From Phoronis australis (Eukaryota > Animalia > Phoronida): a stretch of 64,000 nucleotides of DNA. This document shows, piece by piece, positions 27,301 to 38,639 of this stretch (position 1 is its first letter; the number at the start of each line of letters is the position of its first letter). The notes below the pieces were generated by a model, which saw only the letters and a program-made list of their open reading frames with translations, was not told where the DNA came from and did not search any database. Position numbers and translations under genes: made by a program. The stretch is from positions 334,309 to 398,308 of the forward strand of contig NMRA01000403.1 in assembly GCA_002633005.1 (NCBI GenBank). The letters are read 5' to 3'.

Positions 27301-30300
27301 TTCTGCGGAATTCTTATTGCATAGTTATAGCATCAGATGAGTAATTACCCATAATGCATGAGTCTGCTGCCATTCACTGCGGCAGCCATTTTAGGTGGTG
27401 GTGCACCACGAAAAACTTGAACTAAAAATTCTTGTTCAATTCAGATTTGAAAATGTTAGAAGAGCATTATTTGGGCTTAACTTTCGACTGAACTAATTTG
27501 CATTAAAATCCTTTTATGAGAAGTTTTTAATAATAAAATTACAATTATGCAGAACAAGTATCTTCAATACGATGTCTCTAAACGTATATAGTAGACAGTA
27601 CAGGAGATGTTATCTGTGTGAAGATCATCTTCCGTTCTTGCTTTTTCTTTATTGTTATAGTTGTTGAAAATTGTCATTGGCAATCTATTGGTTAGGGCAC
27701 CATAGTTTAGCTGTTAGTGCTCCAAATTCAATGTGAGTTTTGTTCTGGGGTACTTTTAAATCATTACCTCATATGTTATTGTGCCACCTGTTATTTTTAG
27801 ATATCTACCACACAACTTTTGACCCACCTCCAAACAACATGGTGGAAGAGAGGCTAGAAAAAGTGGAAGGTTGCGATGAGGAATCTATCATCGACAAACT
27901 GGTTGTTTACCACCGACACATAGATGGCGTCATTTCTTGTTATGGCAAAGTTATGAAGACGATCAATGCTGACCAGCCAAAAGGGGACGTGTTTGCTCAA
28001 GGTAATATTCCAGCTTTATGCAGATGATATGATGCATAGTGTGACAATGAGTGAAGCCCTACGCTGTGCTTCATAGACCCAAGACACTTGTGAAACCCTG
28101 CGCTGCTCTCCACAGACTCAAGACACTCATGAAGCCCCTTGCGATCCACTGACCCAAGACACTCATGAAGCCCTGGTCTGCGCTCCACAGTCCCATGACA
28201 CTTGTCAAGCCCTGCGCTGCACTCCACAGGCCCAAGACACTCGTGAAGCTCTTGTGGGGAGAAATCTTTGCTTATGCCATGGAAACAGTGAACTTTATCC
28301 CATAATTCAACATTCCAACCACACCGACCAATCACAGTTTTGCCAGGATAGGCTAGTTAGCTCTCAAGCATTTACTTGTGAAATACTCACCTTTCACTTG
28401 TGTCATATTTTGTTGCACGATCTTGTTTAAATTCTTGTATCTACGTAATATAACTGCTTTCCTCATTTACAATTTATTATGTGCTCAGACTTGTTGAAAA
28501 CTTTTAATCATCTGATTTTCTAACACGTGTAACACAATTAATCTAAGCCAATCGGATCGTTTCTCAGTAAGGCTTAGTGATTTACTGTGCTTGAATTGCT
28601 GACAAAGATACTTCATTTTGATAGTTGTTTTCAAAATTCTCTTGAAACCGTGTACAAAGTTTTGCTGTTGATAGTAAATGATGTATTTACTGTGTAAGTG
28701 TGAGAGGAACTAGTGCATGTTGGTGTCCAGTCTGTCTGAGTATCGAGCACCACTATGGGTAATAGTAAATTCTTTAATATTTAATTATTAAATGAGTTTT
28801 CAAGACCTCTTGTTTAAGTCTATGATTTCTGCTTTTTGTTTCAGTGCATGCCTTCTTAAGTAACCAGACACGATCAGCAGCGCCACACACACCACGAATC
28901 ATACTGATGGGCCCTACAGGGGCGGGTAAAGGGGTGCAAGCTGCCCTTATAGCTAGCAAGTACAACATAGTGAATGGTAAGTGTGGCCTACAGGGATACA
29001 TCATTTTTTCATGGCATAGTGTCTTTTACGTACTAGTTTCCATGACAATGAAACAGCCATTTCACTAGTATTTTTAAGAATTTGCAATTTTTTTATAACC
29101 CATTTATTAACTTTTCATGTTTAGGCCAAAAACTCAAAGTTGGTTGTGGTGCCTACCCTGATTCTGGAGTTTTGTGCAATGGGCCGAGCAGCCTGCGCGT
29201 GTCTGACCACATTTTTTTTACTCTGACTCATTTTGAGACCTGCGCTCAGCAGATCAGAAAAAATAAACTCCACCTGCATCAATTAAAACCAAGGTCTTGA
29301 ATATTTTTTGGAAAGCTACACCAAGGTATGTAAAGGTTTGAAACACCATGAGTTGTCAAGCGATGAGTTAAAAACAATCGTGCATTTTTTTTTCGCTCAT
29401 CTCAGGTGTTTTTTTTCTTGAAAAAAGTGAGCAACTAAAAACTGACTCGATTTTCAAAAAAAAAAAAAAACAGACCAGAATCGACTATCCTTTTTTGGCC
29501 TCGTTTTAACTCCACTTGGTTGTTAGTGTTGATTGGTTGAGTACCTGATCACTAGGGATTTCTTAGCTTCTCGTTTCATGCATTCTACTAAACATGACAA
29601 ATTGTCTGCTAAGTAAACTAATTTCTTGCAGTTGGAAAACGTTTCCCAGTATGTTGCCATCTTTGTTGCCTCACAGCTGCCATCTTTGTTTGTTCATGGC
29701 TGCCATCTTTGTTTGTTCATGGCTGCCATTTCTGTTGTTCCACTTAAATTAATGCTTTGTTGTTTCAGTCTCAGCTGGACAGTTGCTGAAGCAAGCTGTA
29801 GCAGACGACTCCAAGATTGGTAACTCCATCAAACAGTTTTTAGAGAAGGGAGAATTGGGTAAGTGCTGCTATCTACTCTATGAAATGTGTCCTTGTTGGT
29901 ATTCTCATGTANCAAAGTTGGTTGTGGTGCCTACCCTGATTCCGGAGTTTTGTGCAATGCGCCGAGCAGCCTGCGCATGTCTGACCACAATTTTTTTACT
30001 CCGACTCATTTTGAGACCTGCGCTCAGCAGATCAGAAAAAAAAAACTCCACCTGCATCAATTAAAACCAAGGTCTTGAATATTTTTTTGGAAAGCTACAC
30101 CAAGGTATGTAAAGGTTTGAAAGACCATGAGTTGTCAAGCGATGAGTTAAAAACAATCGTGCATTTTTTTTCGCTCATCTCAGGTGTTTTTTTTCTTGAA
30201 AAAAGTGAGCAACTAAAAACTGACTCGATTTTCAAAAAAAAAAAACAGACCAGAATCGACTATCCTTTTTTGGCCTCATTTGAACACCACTTGGTTGTTA

Positions 30301-33300
30301 GTGTTGATTAGTTGAGTACCTGATCACTAGGGATTTCTTAGCTTCTCGTTTCATGCATTCTACTAAACCTGACAAATTGTCTGCTAAGTAAACTAAATTC
30401 TTGCCGTTGGAAAACGTTTCCCAGCATGTTGCCATCTTTGTTGCCTCACAGCTGCCATCTTTGTTTGTTCATGGCTGCCATCTTTGTTTGTTCATGACTG
30501 CCATCTTTGTTTGTTCATGGCTGCCATTTCTGTTGTTCCACTTAAATTAATGCTTTGTTGTTTCAGTCTCAGCAGGACAGTTGCTGAAGCAAGCTGTAGC
30601 AGACGACTCCAAGATTGGTAACTCCATCAAACAGTTTTTAGAGAAGGGAGAATTGGGTAAGTGCTGCTATCTACTCTATGAAATATGTCGTTGTTGGTAT
30701 TCTCATGTAAATTGCTAATCCTATCTAATTAGTGTAATAGTGCCTAAACTGTGTATAGTCATCGGGGTTTTAATACCGCTGTCATTAACCTACAGGTCAT
30801 GAAGTGTAATGTCTTAACTCCATTTTACTTTTCGTTGTTTTTATTCAGATTTTTAGCTGTATGTATTTTAGACTCCGTGCTCTTGCTATGAGCTCCCTAA
30901 GGGGATGTTCACACTTAAACTCTGCAACGATTGGTCGCAGTCAGAGTGTTCCCATAAACTTATACTAACCGCCATGTTGATCACCTTGCACATCGTCCAA
31001 CTTCAAGGTAGCTGGACATTGGTTTATTAGCGACTTCTACATTAAAAATATCAATGAATGCAAATAACGCTTTGTTCAAACTCATCTTCAAATTTGCTAA
31101 AACATGTTTTTCTGCTTAATTTGTTAAAAATTCAAATAATTGAGTCTTCCCTTTCTTGCAGTGCCCGACACGTTCGTAATGACCGTCTTGAAGCAGCGTT
31201 TGAGCCAGTTAGACTGTGTAAGCAGGGGCTGGGTGCTTCATGGATACCCACGCAACAGGGACCAAGCTGAACAACTTGTGTTGTCAGAGTTCGTGCCCAA
31301 TAGGTGAGAGATAAGGTCAAGGTCAAGAAAACAAATTTTCCCGTGGAAATCGTAATATTGCGGTTTTCATGCGGTCTGGAATGACCTAAATATTGTAAAA
31401 CGATTGTTGTTGAAGACTGGCCTCATTTGGGAACATACAGCTTGTCAAGAGCAATGTGGTTGGACATTGGCTTGTTCTGAAATCTAATGTTAGATGGCGC
31501 TACTGGTTGCTACAAAATCCATTCTTTAATTTAGATCACTTACACAGTATGAATTTGTTCTCAAATTGTTCGAATCCCTGGTCAAATTGGAGAGGATTTC
31601 AGGGCTTTAAGAGAACTGACAGTCTGTCATTCATTGAGATCAGGCAGTACTACAAGTTGGCTTGTCACGTGTCATTTTATGCACCGAGCATAGTCTCAAA
31701 GAGCATAATGAACCGAGCATAGTCTCAATGAGTAACGATTTGTCAATTCCTTACAAGCCCAGTCGTCATTTGTTGTCTGAGCGAGGAGTAAGCTTATAAT
31801 CTGTGTCATAATTGGTCCTTAACAAAAGTTTGCTTTTTGGCCCGAACGTGGGTTTTTAATAGACACATACATCTGCCTTCGGTGACTTAAACAAGTTTTG
31901 ATTAGACAACTTACCATTTGTCAAATTGGTCTCCCTTTCTGCTGGGACCTTATAATCCAAGTAGGTCAGATTTCTGGGCTTTGAAAGAGCTGACAGCTCG
32001 TTATTGCTCAAGATTACAAGTTGACTGTTACGGCATCCAATTTAATTATTCTCTGAGCATTATGAGCAATAACAGACTGTAAGTTCTTTACAAGACCAAC
32101 GTCACTTTTAATTCTCGTCTGAGTCAGAAGCAAGTTGAGACCAATTTCTTAGCTGCGGTAAACAATCTTAAATCAAATGGTAATTTCTTTACCTTTAAAT
32201 AATAGACTTACTTGGTGTACCATAATTTGATCTTTTATTCGTTTTGCAGAGTGTTTTTCCTGGATGTTCCTACTGACTCCATTGTAGAGAGGCTGACCCT
32301 GCGAGCCACTGATCCAATCACAGGTGAACGATATCACATNACTTTAGTTTTTGACAATATTGGACAAGACAACTAGTTCTTGTCTGTCAGTCATCTAAGT
32401 TCTTAACAGGTCCTCCTGGAGGCAATTTGTTTGCAAGTGTTGGATTTTATATTTTAACCTATTAAAAATAATTAAAAAATTATGGGTCATGGGTTGGAGA
32501 AATAAATGAAAAATACGGGCGGTGGGTATGAAATAAAAGTGCCTTTCCCCCCCTTCCATACAGATTTTGCTGGAATAGCCCTAAGTTCTTTACAAGACCA
32601 ATGTCACTTTTAATTCTCGTCTGAGTCAGAAGCAAGTTGAGACCAATTTCTTAGCTGCGGTAAACAATCTTAAATCAAACGGTAATTTCTTTACCTTTAA
32701 ATAATAGACTTACTTGGTGTACCATAATTTGATCTTTTATTCCTTTTGCAGAGTGTTTTTCCTGGATGTTCCTACTGACTCCATTGTAGAGAGGCTGACC
32801 CTGCGAGCCACTGATCCAATCACAGGTGAACGATATCACATGCTGTACAATCCACCGCGAACACAGGAGGTTCGCGACAGGTGAGTGCGGCAAACTTAAT
32901 GAATCAAATTGAGCAAGTAATCCAATCACCTTAACCTATCGCCAAGATATAAGAACAATTCCTGTACAAGTTTTGCCAGAATGTTGTGCAGAGAAAGTAA
33001 CACAGGGTGAAAATTCTTTTGAAATAAGACAAAATTGTTATATAATCAGGTTTAGAGTTATGGCCCTTGTAGTGTGGATTAGTGTAAAACGTTCTGCACA
33101 GTATCAAGTTTAATTTAAAAGTATTCCAAAGAGAACCAAAGTATTTTAATACAAAAATCAGGGTTGAAACTTACACAGCGGAGCACTACATGCTGTTTGC
33201 AGAATACTACTCAAAGAAAATTTCCCGGAAAACCCTGAGATTTTTATCATATTGCCATAGGCTACAACAGAACCCCAAAGACAGTGAAGAAGCTGTGCGT

Positions 33301-33453
33301 GCACGTCTGACTGAGTGGAGCGCCTACCTAGAGGAGCTTGCCGATTATTATCAGGACGGTCAGCACATCAACGCTGACCAAGATCCACACACGGTGTTTG
33401 AGAGTATAGAGAGTATGATCGTCAACCCACTTCCCAAGACTTTTGAAGCTTAA
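21343..33453 (+). CDS. AK8: Adenylate kinase 8 (N-terminal Dpy-30/RIIa-like docking segment plus two AK domains), 11 coding exons, about 480 aa
   Basis: Exons 21343-21426, 22165-22249, 25103-25266, 26127-26277, 26983-27054, 27801-28001, 28845-28976, 29769-29858 (or duplicate 30567-30656), 31162-31303, 32752-32880, 33261-33453 (1443 nt, all GT-AG, phases consistent). Two P-loops ([17 protein letters not shown]), GWVMDGFP and [12 protein letters not shown] segments RVDPKTGDIYH and [15 protein letters not shown] motifs. The N-terminus [14 protein letters not shown]...KPSDPLSFM is typical of AK8. Confidence 0.95.
25533..25857. repeat. Diverged tandem duplication of about 165 bp in AK8 intron 3
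   Basis: gagttcaaa...cccgggcct.ttttcatt...tgaatatctgatggtg...aatgcgactgaacttcaaatt occurs twice. Confidence 0.75.
28053..28249. repeat. 39-bp minisatellite, 5 units, in AK8 intron 6
   Basis: Unit about gaagccctgcgctgcnctccacagacccaagacactcat at 28053, 28092, 28131, 28167, 28206; explains the repetitive minus-strand ORF 27997-28335. Confidence 0.85.
29124..29500. mobile_element. MITE with GGCCAAAAA TIRs (PIF/Harbinger-like or Kolobok-like); duplicated at 29913-30275
   Basis: tta|ggccaaaaa ... tttttggcc|tcg (tca in the second copy). Confidence 0.45.
29135..30709. other. Duplicate of about 780 bp (29135-29911, 29913-30709) including AK8 exon 8; probable uncollapsed haplotypes
   Basis: Joined by a single N at 29912; the copies differ by SNPs, homopolymer lengths and one 23-bp VNTR unit. 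Confidence 0.8.
32080..32841. other. 260-bp duplicate (32080-32339, 32582-32841) including part of AK8 exon 10; probable uncollapsed haplotypes
   Basis: Copy 1 stops mid-exon at the single N at 32340. Confidence 0.8.
32341..32581. mobile_element. Terminal part of a PIF/Harbinger-like MITE present in only one of two duplicate copies
   Basis: Ends ...cagattttgctggaatagccc|taa; the other copy has an empty site, ctg-taa-gttc, at about 32077-32086. Confidence 0.5.
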
Positions 33454-34763
33454 GTCCGCAGTGTTGGAGAAGTCGCAGATGACTTCACGCACTCGGGGTT
33501 ACTAATACTGTATTGTGTTATTTTATACACAGTAAATTGTTATTTTGTACAGGTTGGTTAGGGATAAAATTGTATATAACTTTTACTTCATGAACAATTT
33601 TAAAATAGAAAGCAAGTACATGTAATTAGTAATATGCAACGTATTCGTATTCAGTAGTTTTCAAAATATACTGGACACACTTGTGCTGACAAACCCTGCC
33701 GAAGTGTGGATTACTGTCATCATGATTCAGGATATTCAGTAGTAATAACTGAATGTTATTTCATCTTTGTCCGATTGGGAAAGTGCACAAAATTCCACAC
33801 CAGCTAATAGCAAAAACGTTCGATTTCGAAGAACTATGCAGGAACAGCAACTGTCCAAGTGTCTCACTCATCAGTATGAAGTGTAGATGTTCACTCTGGA
33901 ACTTTGTCGAAGTTTGGTGTGGATAGTTTGCTTTGATAACTGGCCATGAAAAATGTAACAGTCAACTTTTATAATTAAAAATTCAATGTTAATATTATAT
34001 TGTTACACCGTTGTGAAGTGTTAAAATATCAGTTTATTAAGTTTTGGTTTCACTCACTGTATATAATTATGGCACGTGCCTCAGAAATTTAATAATTTAA
34101 GCATGTAAAATATATTATTTGTGAACTTATTAAAAATGTCTGAATTAAATAAGGAATTTTGTGTTTTATTACAGGGCCCACCGTTGCTTTTCGCAGTACA
34201 GTGATATTTTCCTCTTTCATAAGCCATCTGTACTCAACTTCAGTTGACAAATAAACTTCCTTTAGAGAAGATTGTTCGAAAGCAAGCAACAACACATCAA
34301 TTCCTTAGCGTGTCAATTTATGAATCACATCAGAATATTATGCTGTGTACTCATTAGCTTTAAAGAATGAGAAATTTACCATCGATTAAAATTGGCAAAA
34401 GGGAACGTAATCGTCTTTACCCCAGTATACATTAAGAACTCTTGGTAAAAATGATGTTGTGGTCTTGATCAGAAGCTTGCAGAATCTTTTAAATGTTAAT
34501 TAAGCACGTCTCGAGTCCACAGAAAGCAAAAATAAAAAAGTTGATATATATCTCCAGTAGAGAGGTCTACCATGTGGAGATAACTCCATAGACGGAACTA
34601 TGGTTGAGCAATATAACTATTAAAAATTCTGGCAGGAACTCCACTCACTTTTGGAAATTCTGATTCTGTCACTGGATGTGAAAAATATAGGCCAATTTCG
34701 GGATTATCCAGAAGTTCTTCCACTTGACAGAATGATCAATGTCGTGGAAGTACTTACATGGTA

Positions 34764-35013
34764 CAGGGCTTGTAACTTTCCTCTTTTAAGAGGATTTCGT
34801 CTTTTTCAGTTTTGAGTTCTCTTATTTGATTTTGAGTTTCCTCTTTTCATCTCTTTTTCATCATCATTTTGACTTTATTCACGCAAAAAATGTTATTTAT
34901 TGCAGTTAAATTTCACAACTCAAAAAAAATTTCTATCACGTAAGCCTATTTGTGGAACGATAGATCATCTGGAAAATGCTCTTCTTTTTTGTCATTGGCC
35001 ATTCCAAGCGCTG
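34764..35013. mobile_element. MITE with CAGGGCTTGGAA-type TIRs
   Basis: Ends cagggcttgtaa...ttccaagcgctg; an inverted homologous copy lies at about 17205-17439. Confidence 0.6.
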
Positions 35014-35743
35014 ACCATGAAATGCCACGTTCGCACACCAGAGTGTATTGATTAAGATGTTCACTTATCCACAAAATAGTAAATGGTAATTAAGTCAACA
35101 CAGATTTGATTCCTATTGTATTTCAGTTGATATGTTTTGATACATACAATCAGGAATATGGTTACTGCAATCTCCCTAATACAGGCCCGGGCACTCAGAA
35201 AACTCGTTCAAGTGGGATACTCTATATAGGTAATAGCAGGATGCATTAACGTAGGACATGCGTACCATAAAATAAATTAACTAGCTGTCCCAATACAATT
35301 ATTGACAAAGATAAACCTGTAACCCATGGCAAACTACAGTCCATACATAGAAGCCAAATGTTATCAATAGTCACTCACAGGGGACTGGAATTTTGAGAAC
35401 CAGTTTGATGACAGTTATTTAGGGAAGAAAACTGGTTCTAAAAGTGCGGGACCACTGCAAGTAACTATTACCTAAATGCCTCACAAAGCAATTAATACTG
35501 TCTCACTAACAAGCTAAACCAACAACTGAATGTCCTCTCGGCATACGAGGAAAATTAACAAGAGGCAGAGTCCCAAATTGAACACATTAGATACGGGCGT
35601 TCATTAGAGAGTGCACAGCGTGACAGATTCAATGACTGCCGCATATTGATGAGCCCATTGGCTCACGTCAGCAGTTTGCACCACTCTATCAGTCTCACAT
35701 ACACGTACAACAATTACTAAATTCACCTACAGGAATCGACCAC

Positions 35744-36098
35744 AAGCACACGACCTAGATATGCAAATTACCTTCCATTAAGTTGGTATACACCGCACTG
35801 TAAAGCACATGACCTAGATATGCAAATTACCTTCCATTAAGTTGGTATACACCGCACTGTAAAGCACATGACCTAGATATGCAAATTACCTTCCATTAAG
35901 TTGGTATACACCGCACTGTAAAGCACATGACCTAGATATGCTAATTACCTTCCATTAAGTTGGTATACACCGCACTGTAAAGCACATGACCTAGATATGC
36001 AAATTACCTTCCATTAAGTTGGTATACACCGCACTGTAAAGCACATGACCTAGATATGCAAATTACGTCCCATTAATTCAATATACACTGTACAGTAA
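35744..36098. repeat. 59-bp minisatellite, 5 near-identical units plus a degenerate sixth
   Basis: Unit aagcacatgacctagatatgcaaattaccttccattaagttggtatacaccgcactgta starting at 35744, 35803, 35862, 35921, 35980, 36039; no spacers. Confidence 0.95.
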
Positions 36099-38639
36099 TG
36101 TACAAAGTTTTGCTAAGATGCATCACCAGCCTGACCTCATTATTCTTATTTCTGCGTAGACACACTACGCAATAATCACTAATAACAAAATCAACATTTA
36201 AATAACTAAAGCAGCAAGAAGTAACTCGATTTTGACCAGAACTGCTAACAAAACTTGTTCTTTACTCAGATGAGAAGTGATTTTTGGTCTTGCAAAGAAC
36301 TGACAGTTTGTAATTGCTCTAGGTTACGCTCTGAAAATAAAATGACAAAGTGTGACGAGAAAGCTTGTAGAATCTTGTCTAAAGTTATAACGAACTGCTG
36401 GCCCTGAAATCCCACCTAGTTTGAGTGAGGAACAACTAGAGTCCAACTTTTTGCTAAAAGGTCTAAACCAAGAAATCTTTGTCACAACATACAGTAGGTT
36501 ACAGACAACAAATTCACAAATGACATTTTTTTTTTGAGTAGTATCCTAGAGGAGGCGCCACACTCCTTAACAACCAATTTCAGTTTCCGGTTAGTGTATT
36601 GTGACAGGAAATTCTTGCATCTATTTTACTGTCCAGTATAACAAAAAAAATAACTTCAGCATTGCAACGTTGTTCAAAGTCTTCCAGTAATAGAACTGTT
36701 AGTATGGTGACCACTTTTGGCAATGCTACTACCTAACCATGATTAGCAGACAACGCACTTTCCAGAAGTAAAACTTGCTCATTTTGCCAGATGTCGCTAG
36801 TGAATAATGACGTTATGGCTTCAGCGCAAGATCACAGATTTTGGCCATAGAAAATATACAGAGCTGGCAGTCCATGTACTACAGTTAATGGTCACAGGAA
36901 GATGTGTTTATAACAGAACTAATATATTTTAGATTTATGACTACACTAGGAAGAGCTTTTGACTTTATGACTACAGTAGTTAGAGCTGTGATCAAAAAAT
37001 ATAAAATTGGTGTATAAGCTGAAATTTGTGCTAAGCAGCATCGCTCCATTACCTGGCAGTGAGAGTTCATGAGAAAAATATTCTCAGGTCGATGACCACC
37101 AGTCACACACATTGGTAGGATATACAAGTAGTGGAAAAATCAGCACTGCAACTGCAGCGCCATCTAGCGGAATGATCATTTTTACTTGAATGCGATGACA
37201 ATTGGCCTAAATGAATTGAATTACAATTCTCTGGTACCCACTGATGAATGGTTTCATTTACTCTTTGAACTGCGGCAGATAAATGGTCTTAGAGACATGA
37301 TGTCAGAGAAGAGACGGAAATCTAGATAATGGACTAGATTGTTACGTGGACTAGCTTCGATTTAGAAACCGCTATCGTCTGGAATTGAAATCACACCGGA
37401 GGTTTCTATAATGAAGACATGTCTTCACCTACTTTTGGAAATATCTCTAAAATTCAACGTTTATGTAGTGATCTGAGAGTACTTACTTGACAAAAAAATT
37501 TAAGCAACAATATCAGAGGACACGACAAATTTCACCAAGTACACAAAAGCTTTAATAGCTTCAATAACATTCTAGTAAAAGCTTTATACATCTGGGTATA
37601 AGACCACGCGCTTGTAATATGGCAGCTAGAAAACCTGGGTTGGGCCTAGAAACTGGATGGTTTGTAATGGGCATCCGTGCATAAGCTACAGGTCTTCTAA
37701 AAACATACATGTACTAGGTACATGAATCCAAAAGCTACAGGCAAACTTCAAAATAAACTGGACAGCGTGAAAATTCCATAATTTTCACCAACAAAACTGA
37801 AATGAGACATACATTTTCCTTTTTGACTAGAACACATTGCATTTTGGGTTCATTCTTGACGTGACAGACAGTACAAGCCAAAAGTATTCGGACAAAATGA
37901 TCCAAAACTACCGTCATGAAGGCTGGACGAAAGCCAAACTCATCATCAGAGAAGTACTCCCTCGTGGCAACAAATGACTGGGACGTAGCAAAGTTAGTAA
38001 GGTAGCTAATCCATTTTGTAATTAGTATTTTGCCACCCTAGGATGCCGTCCATTAGCAGATTTAGCTATATTTTGTCCGAATACTTTTCGCTTTTACGGT
38101 AGTTCAATGTTGACAACTTGCCTAGCAAGTCATCTAACAATTAGGGGCTCGGTGCAATAACGCGACTTATTAAACACTGATTTAGTTCAATAAAAATGTC
38201 ATGATGCAACACTTCAGCTTAACTGTTATAAATAATTCTGGCAACAAGTATGTCCCAGTTTGGCAAGGGTCTGACAGTTCTGTTGCAGTTTGTCAAGATT
38301 ATTTTGCAAGATACTAACTGTAAAATTGGGATGATGGCACACATGAACACTGCCGGAATCAAATATCTGAAGTAGCTCTCCACCATCAGAGAGTGAACGA
38401 GAGAGAGAAGTCAAGCTAGATTGGATTTGGACTAGGGGGTAAGAGGCAGTTGGGCTTGATAGTCCTACAGAGGGCTAGCAAGTGAGAATAAACAACAAGT
38501 TGGGGGTGGCCCTATACCCCGACGAATACGGTACATCCTTGGGTAGTGATTGTACATGCACACATATTGAGCAGTGTTCGATCTTTGGTGAGCTAAAACT
38601 CTTCAACTCTTTATCCCGACAAAACTGGAACTGTCCGTT

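Noticed and set aside
27997-28335. 112-aa repetitive ORF (GLHECLGSV repeats)
   Set aside because: Translation of an intronic 39-bp minisatellite on the antisense strand.
31580-32135. Two weakly similar ~200-bp segments in AK8 intron 9
   Set aside because: Looks like an old local duplication with no functional signal.
32250-32339. Extra AK8 exon or pseudo-exon
   Set aside because: Truncated exactly at a single-N join and identical to the start of exon 10; best explained as haplotype redundancy.
35744-36098. 59-bp repeat array as a CRISPR array
   Set aside because: The units are contiguous with no unique spacers, there are no cas genes, and the context is eukaryotic.
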